Assembly (NCBI GenBank): GCA_045636065.1
Contig: JAZTWW010000043.1
Coordinates: 3,085-67,084, forward strand
Length of the DNA stretch: 64,000 bases
Reading direction: 5' to 3'
From: Kiritimatiellia bacterium
Lineage (GTDB): Bacteria; Verrucomicrobiota; Kiritimatiellia; RFP12; UBA1067
Shown here: positions 19,170 through 29,599 of the stretch, one piece after another
Layout of the letters: the number at the start of each line of letters is the position of its first letter
Position numbering within the stretch: the stretch's first letter is position 1
Translations under genes and position numbers: made by a program
The notes under the pieces: generated by a model
The model's input: the letters and a program-made list of their open reading frames with translations, nothing else
Database searches by the model: none
Told to the model about the DNA's origin: nothing

Positions 19170-22100
19170 ATGCTAGACGGTATTTCGCAGAGCCTCGTCA
19201 ACATGGCGAGCAAAGTCGGCAAGGGCGACCTCGACAAGGGGGTTGTATTCGACACGCAGACCGGCAAGTTCGCGGTCAATCGCAATGCGGACCAGATGGG
19301 TCTCGGCGACCACAACTTCTTCCAGAACGAGGCGCCGACGGAGCTGGGGAGGCAGAACGCCATCATCAGGGGCGCGCTCGCGAACTCCCTCAAGAAGATT
19401 CTGTCCGAAGGCGGCGGATTGATCGGCCAGGCCCAGCAGAAGGCCCTGGACGAGATTTTTGCGACGCTGTTCGGTGCGACGGACGCAACCGGCAAGTACG
19501 GATCCGACATTGAAACCTACCGTCCGATTTCGGCCCGGACTGTGAAGCAGCTCGTCACCAAGGCCCAGAAGGCGCATGCGCAGGCTGCGCTCGAGGCGCT
19601 CCCGGACGGGAGCGCGAAGATCGACAACGCCGAAAAGCTCATCGCCAAACTCTGCGCCAACGCCTCCCTCTACGGGAAGACGGACACCGTCCAGAAGATG
19701 GTGGAGAAGCTAGAAGGCGACCTCGCCAAGTGCGGCGCCAAGCTCGAGGCGGCGACGACGGAGAGGGCGCGCGCCAAGGCGAAGGCGTCGATCGTCGCGA
19801 CGGTCGACAAGTTCATCCGCGAGGCCTCGAAGCTCGCCGCGAACATGTACGGCGCGGATTCCGCAGTCGACGCCGTCCTGGACGAGTACATGGATTTCAA
19901 CGACACGTTCCTCGGTCCCGTGTTCTGCACCCAGTTCCGCCGGCGCGCGATGGGAATGCTCGAGAACGGGATGACCTTCGACGCCTTCAAGGCGAAGATC
20001 GGCGCCGCCCTCCCCGGGATCGTCCAGGAGGCCAGGGCCAACGCCTCATCCCCGCTCCTCCCCGGACAGCCCGGCGTCGCACAGCCCGCGCAGACGGGCC
20101 TTTCGCAGGAGACGATGGACGCCGTCCGCGCCGGGTTCCAGGCTTCCGCCGCGAACGGACAGGCGCTTGTCCAGAACGGGACGAACCTCGTGTCCGTGCC
20201 GAGGTTCTCCGTCGGGGCGGACAAGTTCGACGCGGTCCTGTTCCTCAAGGGCCAGCCGACGCCTGCGGACAACGCGAAGACTATGGATGCGAGGTTCACC
20301 GCGAACCTGCACTCCCGTGGCGCCGACAGGCCCGCCGTCCGGGTGGTCAATCCCGACGGATCGTTTATTTCGATCCAGAACTGCAATGCATCCCACGTCG
20401 ACACGGTCTGCGGAGGGGCCGGCGTGCAGTCCACCGCCGTCAAGGCCGCGATGATGCTCGACCTCGGCAGGCTCGTGGGCGCTCTCGCGGATGAGCTGCA
20501 TCTCGACGGGATGCTCCGCAATGGCGTCAAGAAGGGGTGCGACTGCACATTGACGCTCAATTCCGACGGGTCGGTGGACGTCACGCTCGCGACCAAGCCG
20601 GGGAGCAGCGTGGAGTCCTCGCTGACGCTCAGGATCTCGACGGAGGGCGAGCGCACGCTCGTCTCGTTCTCCGGCGTGAAGACGAGCGACGCCTTCGCCG
20701 ACAAGGTCGAACAGGATGCGCGCCGCGCCGTCTTCGTCGCCAAGATGAATCCCGATACCGGCTCCATCGTCAAGATGGCCGCCGCCAAGCTCGCCGAGAT
20801 CAAGCAGTATGTCGAAGCGCCGAACGTGTCCGCACGCCTCGGCGAAGCGAACGCGGCCATCCTCCAGGAGTCCGTTACCGCGGTTTTCAACGGACTCATC
20901 GGCGAACTGCGCCACCTCGCGGACGATCCCGCAGCGCGTCTCGAGAAGACGCCCGACCAGTACGAAAGGGACTTCGCCACGCAGCTCGGCAACCTGCGCC
21001 AGCGCACGATCGAGCGCATCCAGTCCAACCTCTTCCTCGTCGGCGACTTCAGGGACAGCCTCAGGCGCATCGAGAGCCGGTGCAACGCCGCGGCCGCCAA
21101 GCTGGATGCTGCGGGGATGAGCAATCTTGCGAACGTCGCGAGGGATTTCCTGGCGCGGACCAACGACTACCTCCGGGACATGCAGTCCAACTTCGTCCTC
21201 TCGGGGGAGGTGTCCGAGCAGGCGGCGAGGGAGCTGACGGCGGCGGTGAAGGCGTTCGCCGAACGCGCCGGCAACGTATTCGCCGCGTTCGAGGCAAAGG
21301 ACAGGCCGACGACGGAGGACGGCTTGGCGCTTGCGACCGGACTCGCGGCGCTGCGCTGCCCGGTGCTGGCGTTCAGGACGTTCTCCGAGAGCGCCCGCAC
21401 CGCGATGCTGTCCGCGAGCGGACTCCTCTCCACCGAGGCCGTCGACCGGGCGGCGATCGGAAAGCCCGGATACGGCCCCGCGGCCGCGGCGGTCTCCGAG
21501 TTCGCGGACACCGTGAACGATCTGCTCTCGCAGGCGGGCAAGTGGAGGAACAACGCCCTGGCCACGGAGTTCAGGCAGCTCGCCGAGGGCAAGCTCCAGC
21601 GCATCGTCCAGACGGTCAAGGACGGCATCGACAGCGGCGCGGATCTGAGCCGGGGCATCGGCGGGGTCCTCGCCAAGGAGCTGAAGCCGCTCTTCGACGC
21701 CTTCGCGAACTACGAGCGCCAGGACATCCAGGAGACGTTCGCCGCGAAGGTCGACGCGCACATCGCCACGCTCAGGGACGCCCTGGAGCGCGGCGTGAGC
21801 GTAAACGGCGTCCGCGTTCCGCTGAGCGACGCCCAGCGTGCCGACGTGGACGATGCGATCGTCCGGGTCGACGCCCTCAAGGAGGGGCTCCAGAACGTGC
21901 AGGGCAACAACCGTCCGATCACCCGCGAGAGCCTTGCGGCGCTCACGGCCAGACTCGGCGGCGCCGTTGAGAGGTTCATGGCGAAGCTCGCGAATCCGGG
22001 TCCAAGCCGCGCCCCGAGGCAGAACTACTTCACCAGCGTCTTCGGCGGGCTCGGCGCTAGGATAGAGAGCGACGCCGACTACCGCATCAGACTCCCCGCG

Positions 22101-25100
22101 GTGCAGGCGGACTACAACCAATCCGCCACCAACGCGGCGAATCCCTTCGCGGGGCAGGGCGGCGCGGGCTTTGCGTCCTTCGACGAGCTCTCGCGCACCG
22201 TCCGCGCTGAGATCGCGATCGGCAGGACGATCAACGCGGACAACCCCGAGCTCAAGGCGATGGCGCTCGACATCTTCCACGAACTCGAGGAGGCGAGGCC
22301 GTTCCTGGACATCAACGCGGAAAACAACATCGTCGGCTTCAAGCAGATCGGCGACGGCAAGCCCGGCGAACTCGTCGTCGCCGCCGCGCTGAAGGCGGCG
22401 GTCGCCAGACGTACTGCGGAATGCGTCGCGGAGCTGGCGACGCTCCAGAACGGTGCCGCGCTCGATGTCGAGAAGTACACCGGCCCCGCCGGGATGACGG
22501 CGCTGAAGGCGGCCATCAGGGAGTCCTTCGCGGCCGAGATCGACCGCTACGCCGATGTCGTCGAGGCGGCGGGGAGGCCGGTCGCGGAACTTCTTCCGGG
22601 GGAGGTCCTGAAACGCGGCAACGACGTGTTCGGACTGGACCTCGAATACATCCGCAAGGAGGGCAAGCTCGAAGCGCTCAAGACGATCGTCCTCGGAATG
22701 ATCACCTCGGACTCCCGCGAGGCCTACCTGACGCTCAAGGCCGAGGACCCCGAAGCCGCCGACCGGATGATGGATCGGTGGCTGCACCAGCGGGAGCCGC
22801 TCACAGACCAGCTGCAGTCCGCCCTGATAGTTGACGGCGCGTCGCTCAAGGGCCTTAAGGCGTCGCTCCTTGACGGCTCCCTGCCGCTCGACGGCAGCAT
22901 CAACCTGGCGACCGCGCTTCTGCTGCAGTACCTCTGCAAGTACGGCAGCGAAAACGCGGGGGAGCCGGAGCTTGGGTCCGCAGGGTTCGCGAATCCCACT
23001 GCTGGCGAGAACCTGGCCCTCCTCGTCAGGAACGGCCTGACGCCCGAAAAGATCGCCCAGTTCTGCAGTGCCGCCGACGCGGAGAATCCGGTTCAAGCGG
23101 CCCTCGATCCCAGCCACAAGGCGTTCGCGCTCTTTTCGCGCCTTTCAGGCCTGTTCTTGATCAACCGATGCGACGCCGGCGGCCTCGACGCGTTGTCCAT
23201 GCGCATCGTGGGAAAGCACCTCAGCGATTTGACCGCAGAGGACGATAATATGATCGTTGCCCTGCGTCTGGGCGTGCGGGATGCCTCCCCGGAGGAATAC
23301 AGGAGCGTCAGCGCCTACGAACTCGATCCGTTTACGAGGCTCGACGACGCCCAGAAGGCCGGCGCCATGTTCTTCATGCGCACCGCCACGCCGACCACCG
23401 CCCATATGCCGGAGACGATGGCCATCTACCGTGCACTGAAGGCGATGTCCGCGCCGAACGGTCCGGCCGAGTCGGAGGTGACGTACAACGGAGTCCGCTT
23501 CACGCTTCGCCTGGAGAACGGCGTCCTCACCGCGAAGGAGCACGTGAACATCGAGAAATGGGAGCTGCGCCCGGGATGGGACCAGGCGCACCACGAGGTC
23601 GATAAGGTGCGCCGCGACGTCTCGATCCCGATCGTGTGCCCGCTCGACGTGCGGGGCTTCATCGGACAGATCGAGGAGGAAATCGCGGCCCATGCGACGG
23701 CCTACGGACGCGAAGCCGCGCTCGCGCTCTTCACCGCCGAGGGATTCGACGCGGGCTCCAGCCGCGCCCGCCAGCTCGCGCTGAACGTGATCTCCGGCAT
23801 AACGGGCACGCTCGCGGCGGAACTCTGCCACGTGCCCACCACGAGCCTCGTCGAACTCGCGCGCGGCATGCTGCAGACCGCCGGCGACCCGAAGGCGTTC
23901 TTCAAGGAGAGGCTCGCCGGACTCGGCGGCGACGGCGTGCCGCGCTTCAACGGCGCGGCCACGCTCGAACTCTACAGGAAGATGCAGGCGGCCGACCGGC
24001 ACCAGGTCGACGAGATGGTCAGGATCCCCGAGGAGCCCAAGACCCGGGAAGGCGAGACGCTCGCCCAGGCGTCCCTGCGCCGCGTCCACGAGTTCATCGC
24101 CGAACTCGTCATGCCGGACGACACGACTCGCTACGACATTGACCGCGACGCCGGGAAGACGGATGCGGACATCATGCGCCGGACGCTGCTCTCCCATAAG
24201 GCCGAACTCCGCGTGATCCTCCGCTCGCTCGGCACCGACACGGACCTCCTGGACACTTTCAGCCTCGCCACCGGCGACGCCGTCAACAACGTGGTGCCGC
24301 GTACACACGAGGTCACCACGGCGCTCAAGTCGCGCATGCTGCAGCTGAAGTCCATGGTGGATGCCGCGGGCGGAATCGACGCCTTCTACCTCGCGCTGGA
24401 GGCGAACGACGGCGCCGGCGTCCCCGGCCTTGCCGACTTCCTCAACGGCTTCACCGCCGACCTCGCCGCGGCATCGGACAAGGTGCTCGCGAAGATGCAG
24501 GGCGTCCTCACCGCAAGGCTCTCCGCCGCGTTCCGCGAGTCAACTGCGTCCGCCAAGAACAAGCCGCTCTGGCAGAAGACGCTTGACGAGATCGCGGGCG
24601 CCGGAACGCTTGACGTCGATACCGGCTACGGACAGCTCCTCATGGAGGCGCTTTCGACCTACTTCTCCAAGATGGAGCCGATCGACCGCCACCGCATGGC
24701 GTCCTCGCTGCTGCGCTACGCAGGCTCCGACTCCAATTCGGGCGAGATACTGGGCGCGCTTATCAAGGGCGCGGGCCCGGTGCTGCAGAAGCTCATGCAG
24801 GGACTCCCGCAGACAGCGCTTCCGGCGGACCTCCGCCAGGCGGTGACGGATCTCAAGAGCAACCTCCCGTCCATCCCGCCGGAGATGGTCCGCGCCACGC
24901 TCCTCGACATGGTCCAGCGCTCCAACGGGCGCATCACGTCGATCGAGCTGACGAAGTCCCTCGGCGCGGCGACGGTCGGACAGGCGTTCCTCTGCAAGAT
25001 CGTGACGGTCGACAACCCCGCGGGCGAGGAGTGCGTCATCAAGATCCTGCGTCCGGACGTCCAGGCCCGCGCACGCCGCGAGCGCGACCTCTTCCTCGAC

Positions 25101-27248
25101 ATCGCGAAGCGGACGAAGGGGATGGCGGGCGTGTTCGACGTCCGGCTCGAGGGCATCTTCAAGGAGCTCGACTTCACGGTGGAGGCCAACAACGTCAAGC
25201 AGGGCGCGATCTACACCTCCGGCGTCGTCAACGACAAGATCGGCGGCGTCCGCAGCATGGAGCTGTACCCGTTCATCGGCGCGACCGCCAACACGCTGGT
25301 CGTCCGCAAGGCGCCCGGCGTCACCTTCGACCGCTACATCGCCGACTCGAAGGCCAAGATCGAGGCGATCCTCGGCATGATGAAGAAGACGCGCAACGAG
25401 GATGGAAGCGTAACCTACCTGAGCGGCGACATGAGCAAGATCGCCACGACGCGCGCGGCGCTGATCAGCACGTACAACGACATCCTCACGCGGCAGAAGC
25501 ATCTCACCAACTTCATCGAGAAGTGGACGTTCGAGGCCATCTTCGACGGCGGGTTCTTCCACGGCGACGTGCACGCCGGCAACCTGATGTGCGACGGATC
25601 GCACCTCACGGTGATCGACTACGGCAACGCCTCGAGGTTCTCGGCGAGAGAGCTCGAGAGCCTCAAGTGGGCGCTCGCCTGGATTCCGGCGAAGAACGCC
25701 GCGAAGTTCGTCGAACACTACGAGAAGCTCCTGTCGCCTGCGGGCAGGAAGGGTCTCGCCGGCAAGCGCGACGCCCTCGTCAAGGCGCTGCAGGAGGTCT
25801 TCGACCGCGCCGACGCATCAGACGTCGGACGCATCATGGCGGCGGCGTTCCAGCTCATCCAGGAGCAGGGCGTGGAGCTGCCGGGCCCGATCTTCGGCCT
25901 GCTGCAGAGCATGCAGCGGCTTGACGAGACGGCGAGGCTCATGAACGAGCAGCTGTCGGGGATCAAGACGGCGCTCAACTCGATGAGACTCACCGACACG
26001 CTCCAGGAAGGCGAGAGGGTGCCCGACTTCCTCGCACCGCTTCTCGAGATGATGAATCCCGTGACGGGTGCGAAGGTCGTCGAGCATGGAATCACCCTCA
26101 AGGCGATCTTCGAAGAATTCCAGAAGAGCGTTGCCGCCGAGTCCATCGTCATGGGGGACTTGAATCAGTACACCCAGGCCGCGCGAAGATACATCACGAA
26201 TTACGTGACGCGCATGGGGCCAAAACCGGATGGCGCCCCGCCGACCTACGAGGAGAAGATGCTTGAGATGGTCGACACGGCGGCGGACAATCCGGATTCG
26301 GCGGAGGCAAGGGACGCGATCTTCGCACAGCTTGAGCACATACGCGCGTTCGCGTCCGCCCGCATCGACTACGGCGACAGCGCCGAGCGTATCACTGCGG
26401 CTCAGCTGCTGGCGACGCTCTCCGCCACGCCCCCGGAGCCGATTTCGGGGCATCGCGAAGAGTGGCGTCAGTACATGAGCTCGTTGATTCGCGGACAGCT
26501 CGCCTCGGTGGTCCCCGGAGTATTCTCCGGCCTCGAGAACACGTTCGCGAGCGAGGATTTCGACGGGAACATGGATCCGGTGGTAAAACCGTATGAGGAC
26601 GCGTCTGCCGGGTTCGGCAAGGCGATCAACCGCGGCAGCGAGAAGTTCGCGGCGTCGTTCTCTGGCTTCGGCGGGGCGCTCAACGCACTGGGCAACGGCG
26701 CGATCGGCCTCAGGAGCACGCTGAAGGACATCGCGAAGGATGCCCGCCGCGAGACCCATCGCGAGTCCTACGTGAATGCCAACTACGGCGGCTACGCCGC
26801 CCAGCACGGCATCTACGCCATGGAGTCGGCCCTGATCGAGAAGACGATGCAGGACTTCCGCTTCATGCCGCACCTTGTGAAGACGCTCGCGAAGTCGGGA
26901 TGGAACACGAGGGCCGAGAACCGCCAGTCGGTCGTCCAGTCGCTCGCGTTCAACATCGAGATCGTCATGTCCGAACTCGCCAGGGCGGGCTTCGCCGAGC
27001 GCGTCGCCAATCCGGAGAGGCGCAAGGCGTTCATCGAACTCGCGATGACGAAGCTGATTGCGCCCCATCCCGAGTGGTACCACGCTCTCGAAAACGTGGA
27101 CGCGGCGGGGATCGACCAGATCACCGGCGACAATGCGGACGTGAAGACTGCGCTCCAGTTCCTGAAGTCCGTCGCGGAGAATCCGCCGGACGACCGTCTC
27201 ACCGCCGAAGACAACCACGAAATCGACCAGATGTTCCGCATCATCTAA
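19170..27248 (+). CDS. Giant (2692 aa) protein with an ABC1/AarF/UbiB atypical kinase domain, candidate type III effector
   Basis: GPVLQKLMQ (KxxQ), SLGAATVGQA, VIKILRPDV, ELDFTVEA, FFHGDVHAGNL and VIDYG at ~24770-25630. N-terminal RPISARTV motif. Directly followed by a CesT-like gene. Confidence 0.8.
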   Translation: MLDGISQSLVNMASKVGKGDLDKGVVFDTQTGKFAVNRNADQMGLGDHNFFQNEAPTELGRQNAIIRGALANSLKKILSEGGGLIGQAQQKALDEIFATLFGATDATGKYGSDIETYRPISARTVKQLVTKAQKAHAQAALEALPDGSAKIDNAEKLIAKLCANASLYGKTDTVQKMVEKLEGDLAKCGAKLEAATTERARAKAKASIVATVDKFIREASKLAANMYGADSAVDAVLDEYMDFNDTFLGPVFCTQFRRRAMGMLENGMTFDAFKAKIGAALPGIVQEARANASSPLLPGQPGVAQPAQTGLSQETMDAVRAGFQASAANGQALVQNGTNLVSVPRFSVGADKFDAVLFLKGQPTPADNAKTMDARFTANLHSRGADRPAVRVVNPDGSFISIQNCNASHVDTVCGGAGVQSTAVKAAMMLDLGRLVGALADELHLDGMLRNGVKKGCDCTLTLNSDGSVDVTLATKPGSSVESSLTLRISTEGERTLVSFSGVKTSDAFADKVEQDARRAVFVAKMNPDTGSIVKMAAAKLAEIKQYVEAPNVSARLGEANAAILQESVTAVFNGLIGELRHLADDPAARLEKTPDQYERDFATQLGNLRQRTIERIQSNLFLVGDFRDSLRRIESRCNAAAAKLDAAGMSNLANVARDFLARTNDYLRDMQSNFVLSGEVSEQAARELTAAVKAFAERAGNVFAAFEAKDRPTTEDGLALATGLAALRCPVLAFRTFSESARTAMLSASGLLSTEAVDRAAIGKPGYGPAAAAVSEFADTVNDLLSQAGKWRNNALATEFRQLAEGKLQRIVQTVKDGIDSGADLSRGIGGVLAKELKPLFDAFANYERQDIQETFAAKVDAHIATLRDALERGVSVNGVRVPLSDAQRADVDDAIVRVDALKEGLQNVQGNNRPITRESLAALTARLGGAVERFMAKLANPGPSRAPRQNYFTSVFGGLGARIESDADYRIRLPAVQADYNQSATNAANPFAGQGGAGFASFDELSRTVRAEIAIGRTINADNPELKAMALDIFHELEEARPFLDINAENNIVGFKQIGDGKPGELVVAAALKAAVARRTAECVAELATLQNGAALDVEKYTGPAGMTALKAAIRESFAAEIDRYADVVEAAGRPVAELLPGEVLKRGNDVFGLDLEYIRKEGKLEALKTIVLGMITSDSREAYLTLKAEDPEAADRMMDRWLHQREPLTDQLQSALIVDGASLKGLKASLLDGSLPLDGSINLATALLLQYLCKYGSENAGEPELGSAGFANPTAGENLALLVRNGLTPEKIAQFCSAADAENPVQAALDPSHKAFALFSRLSGLFLINRCDAGGLDALSMRIVGKHLSDLTAEDDNMIVALRLGVRDASPEEYRSVSAYELDPFTRLDDAQKAGAMFFMRTATPTTAHMPETMAIYRALKAMSAPNGPAESEVTYNGVRFTLRLENGVLTAKEHVNIEKWELRPGWDQAHHEVDKVRRDVSIPIVCPLDVRGFIGQIEEEIAAHATAYGREAALALFTAEGFDAGSSRARQLALNVISGITGTLAAELCHVPTTSLVELARGMLQTAGDPKAFFKERLAGLGGDGVPRFNGAATLELYRKMQAADRHQVDEMVRIPEEPKTREGETLAQASLRRVHEFIAELVMPDDTTRYDIDRDAGKTDADIMRRTLLSHKAELRVILRSLGTDTDLLDTFSLATGDAVNNVVPRTHEVTTALKSRMLQLKSMVDAAGGIDAFYLALEANDGAGVPGLADFLNGFTADLAAASDKVLAKMQGVLTARLSAAFRESTASAKNKPLWQKTLDEIAGAGTLDVDTGYGQLLMEALSTYFSKMEPIDRHRMASSLLRYAGSDSNSGEILGALIKGAGPVLQKLMQGLPQTALPADLRQAVTDLKSNLPSIPPEMVRATLLDMVQRSNGRITSIELTKSLGAATVGQAFLCKIVTVDNPAGEECVIKILRPDVQARARRERDLFLDIAKRTKGMAGVFDVRLEGIFKELDFTVEANNVKQGAIYTSGVVNDKIGGVRSMELYPFIGATANTLVVRKAPGVTFDRYIADSKAKIEAILGMMKKTRNEDGSVTYLSGDMSKIATTRAALISTYNDILTRQKHLTNFIEKWTFEAIFDGGFFHGDVHAGNLMCDGSHLTVIDYGNASRFSARELESLKWALAWIPAKNAAKFVEHYEKLLSPAGRKGLAGKRDALVKALQEVFDRADASDVGRIMAAAFQLIQEQGVELPGPIFGLLQSMQRLDETARLMNEQLSGIKTALNSMRLTDTLQEGERVPDFLAPLLEMMNPVTGAKVVEHGITLKAIFEEFQKSVAAESIVMGDLNQYTQAARRYITNYVTRMGPKPDGAPPTYEEKMLEMVDTAADNPDSAEARDAIFAQLEHIRAFASARIDYGDSAERITAAQLLATLSATPPEPISGHREEWRQYMSSLIRGQLASVVPGVFSGLENTFASEDFDGNMDPVVKPYEDASAGFGKAINRGSEKFAASFSGFGGALNALGNGAIGLRSTLKDIAKDARRETHRESYVNANYGGYAAQHGIYAMESALIEKTMQDFRFMPHLVKTLAKSGWNTRAENRQSVVQSLAFNIEIVMSELARAGFAERVANPERRKAFIELAMTKLIAPHPEWYHALENVDAAGIDQITGDNADVKTALQFLKSVAENPPDDRLTAEDNHEIDQMFRII

Positions 27249-27282
27249 TGACCGGGCACCGGCAAGAAGGGAATACGGCTAA

Positions 27283-27741
27283 ATGACATTCGAAGAATTG
27301 ATATCGGCCCTGGGCGAGAGAATCGGGGTGGACCTGGCGGCGGAGGACGGGTCGTGCGTCATCAACGTGGACGACATGGTCGTGACGCTCATGAGCCTGC
27401 CGGACTCCGACAGGCTCGCCGTCCACGCCGAAATCGGCGATCCGCCCCCCGAGGGACTGGAGCAGCTGCTCTCGGCCATGCTCGAGGCGAACCACCTCTT
27501 CGCCGGGACTGCGGGAGCTACGATCTCGCGCGACCATGAAACGGGCAGGTTCCATCTCTGCCGGCATGAGCCGCTCGCGATCCTGGACGCGGACTCGCTC
27601 GCCGCACTCGTGGAATCATTCGTGAACACTCTCGAGATATGGCGCAAGGCGATTGCCTCCTACCGCCCCGTCGCGAAGTCGGCTGCGGAGGGCACCGACG
27701 AGCCCCCGCAGTTCGGCGCCAACGGCTTCTTCCGGGTGTAG
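27283..27741 (+). CDS. CesT/Tir family (class I) type III secretion chaperone
   Basis: 152 aa, acidic. F..LI..LG..IG, C.I.VDD, LLSAMLEANHLFAGTAGATISRD, amphipathic LVESFVNTLEIWRKAI. Confidence 0.85.
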   Translation: MTFEELISALGERIGVDLAAEDGSCVINVDDMVVTLMSLPDSDRLAVHAEIGDPPPEGLEQLLSAMLEANHLFAGTAGATISRDHETGRFHLCRHEPLAILDADSLAALVESFVNTLEIWRKAIASYRPVAKSAAEGTDEPPQFGANGFFRV

Positions 27742-27805
27742 GGCGCGCTCATACCGTCGCCGCGCGCGCGTAGAAGGCGGAACGCCATCGCCCGCTCCGG
27801 CTGAT

Positions 27806-27835
27806 GTAACCTTCCGACGCGTGGCGTGTAGACAG
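27806..27835 (+). promoter_or_regulatory. Island 30-bp motif copy
   Basis: GTAACCTTCCGACGCGTGGCGTGTAGACAG, upstream of an AGGAGG RBS and ATG 27877. Confidence 0.65.
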
Positions 27836-27876
27836 GGCAATGCAAGACAACTTTCAGACGAAGGAGGCTAGATCAT

Positions 27877-29508
27877 ATGGCAATACAATTCGACCTGAAT
27901 GCGCTGAGCAGGTTCTCGAACGTAAACTTCGGCGACAACGACGCCATTGCCAATCTTGGCGAGGGCAACGGCCTGGTGCAGAACGAGAAGCTCGGGTTCA
28001 TCCTCACGAGGAAATTCCGCAGTGCCGCCGCCGAGAGGCAAAACAACGCCGTGCGCACGGAGCTCCTGAAGTCGCTCGGCCGGGCCTTCAACCTCACTGG
28101 ATTCAACGAGGCCAACGGAACCTTCACCGACCAGTTCATGCGCAGGCTGGAGGAGATCCTCGGGCGCGACACCTTCAAGCGCGGCGACTTCGGCATCAAG
28201 AATGGTGTGGTCGATTCGGGCAAGCCGCTCACCCAGCGACGCATCCAGGCGGTATACGACGCGGCTACCACCTATGCCGCGAGGGCCAAGCTCGACAAGA
28301 AGTTCGAAGACGTGTCCACGCTTCTCAACGGCGGTGAGATCGACGCAATAATCGGCGACGCCCGCGACGAGGGATGGTCTTCCAAGTTGAACAACTTTGC
28401 GGAACTTGCCGCGAAGATCCACCATGCCGCGCTGACCCTCATGGACGAGGGGGATTCCACGACTATCGTCCAGGAAGGCGTCACTATCGAACTTACGCTC
28501 TCGGGCGGCGGAATAAGGGCGAACCTGACGATCGGAGGGGAGACACGCGCCGTCGAAGATTTTGCCGCGACGAACGACCAACTCTGCATGAGGATGATGG
28601 ATGCGATCAACGGCCTGTACGATTCGTTCACCGAACCGAGGGACGGCAGCCTTACCTACGGCCGCGCGGCGATTTCCTCCGAGGTCCTGGGGACCTACAT
28701 GGACTTGACGCCGAAAGAAGACTTGGACACGAAGAACCACTGCCTTCTCAGGGACTTTGCAGGCGGGCTTCTCATCGACAAGGCCGGCGTCACCGACGCT
28801 GACATCGGGACGCTCACGAACAGGGAAATCCTTGAATTTGCCCGGACGCTCTGCAAGACTAACGACGGGCCTGGCGTCAAGAGCGCCATCGCGTTCAACC
28901 AGACGGTCAAGGACACGTCGGCGCTGCTGAACGGCAAGTCGATCGACGAAATCGTCGGCGACGACTACTCCGCAGGGCGGGAGGCCAGAGTGGACAACCT
29001 TGCGGTGATGTCCGCTAAGATCCGTCAGGCCGTACAGGCCATGGATGAGGGGGACAATTCAGCCACGGTCGAGCACGGCGCGCTCAAGCTCGAACTCAAG
29101 CTGTCCGGCGACAGGATAGAGGCGACAATGACGGTCGGCACAACCAAGCGCAAATTCTCAAAAGACCAGAAGGATTTAGGCAAGGCGATGGACGATGTGG
29201 TGTCTTCCCCACACAATTCGTTTGCCTCCAAGGTGCTGGCGCATTACAAGTTGTTGTCGGAGAAGGAGGGCAAAGAAATCCTGGACACCAAGGAGAACTG
29301 CCCGTTCAGGGACTTTGCGTCCTGGATTCTCAAGACGAAAGCCCACGTCACCGACGAGCAGATCGACAAGCTCGCGAACAAGCAGCTCGAGGACTTCGTC
29401 GTGATGTTCTGCCAGATGGGCGATGCGTCAGGCATCAAGGACGTCGTCGCCTTGACGATCGAAGAGGGCGGAAACAACGACGGCGCCATCGACATAAACG
29501 CAATATAG
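27877..29508 (+). CDS. Candidate type III effector: MAIQF module plus two ~190-aa repeats
   Basis: 5' end near-identical to 9803 at DNA level. Repeats S.LLNG..ID.I.GD...LDTK..C..RDFA at ~28312-28900 and ~28915-29450. Confidence 0.65.
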   Translation: MAIQFDLNALSRFSNVNFGDNDAIANLGEGNGLVQNEKLGFILTRKFRSAAAERQNNAVRTELLKSLGRAFNLTGFNEANGTFTDQFMRRLEEILGRDTFKRGDFGIKNGVVDSGKPLTQRRIQAVYDAATTYAARAKLDKKFEDVSTLLNGGEIDAIIGDARDEGWSSKLNNFAELAAKIHHAALTLMDEGDSTTIVQEGVTIELTLSGGGIRANLTIGGETRAVEDFAATNDQLCMRMMDAINGLYDSFTEPRDGSLTYGRAAISSEVLGTYMDLTPKEDLDTKNHCLLRDFAGGLLIDKAGVTDADIGTLTNREILEFARTLCKTNDGPGVKSAIAFNQTVKDTSALLNGKSIDEIVGDDYSAGREARVDNLAVMSAKIRQAVQAMDEGDNSATVEHGALKLELKLSGDRIEATMTVGTTKRKFSKDQKDLGKAMDDVVSSPHNSFASKVLAHYKLLSEKEGKEILDTKENCPFRDFASWILKTKAHVTDEQIDKLANKQLEDFVVMFCQMGDASGIKDVVALTIEEGGNNDGAIDINAI

Positions 29509-29510
29509 TC

Positions 29511-29538
29511 GCGGGCTTTTGCGCGAGCGAAAGCGCGC
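29511..29538 (+). terminator. GC-rich hairpin after the 27877 gene
   Basis: GCGGGCTTTTGC-GCGA-GCGAAAGCGCGC: 12-bp stem with one mismatch and one G-U pair, GNRA loop, no clear U-tract. Confidence 0.4.
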
Positions 29539-29566
29539 ATCCTTTCGCCGCGCGGCGTTTAGATAG
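29537..29566 (+). promoter_or_regulatory. Island 30-bp motif copy
   Basis: GCATCCTTTCGCCGCGCGGCGTTTAGATAG, upstream of a GGAGG RBS and ATG 29600. Confidence 0.55.
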
Positions 29567-29599
29567 GTCAACGCAAACCATCTTCAATGGAGGAAAAAC

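Noticed and set aside
27283-27741. Small acidic genes as immunity proteins of polymorphic toxins
   Set aside because: They are paralogous to each other regardless of the neighbouring domain and match the CesT pattern, whereas immunity proteins track toxin type. Not formally excluded.
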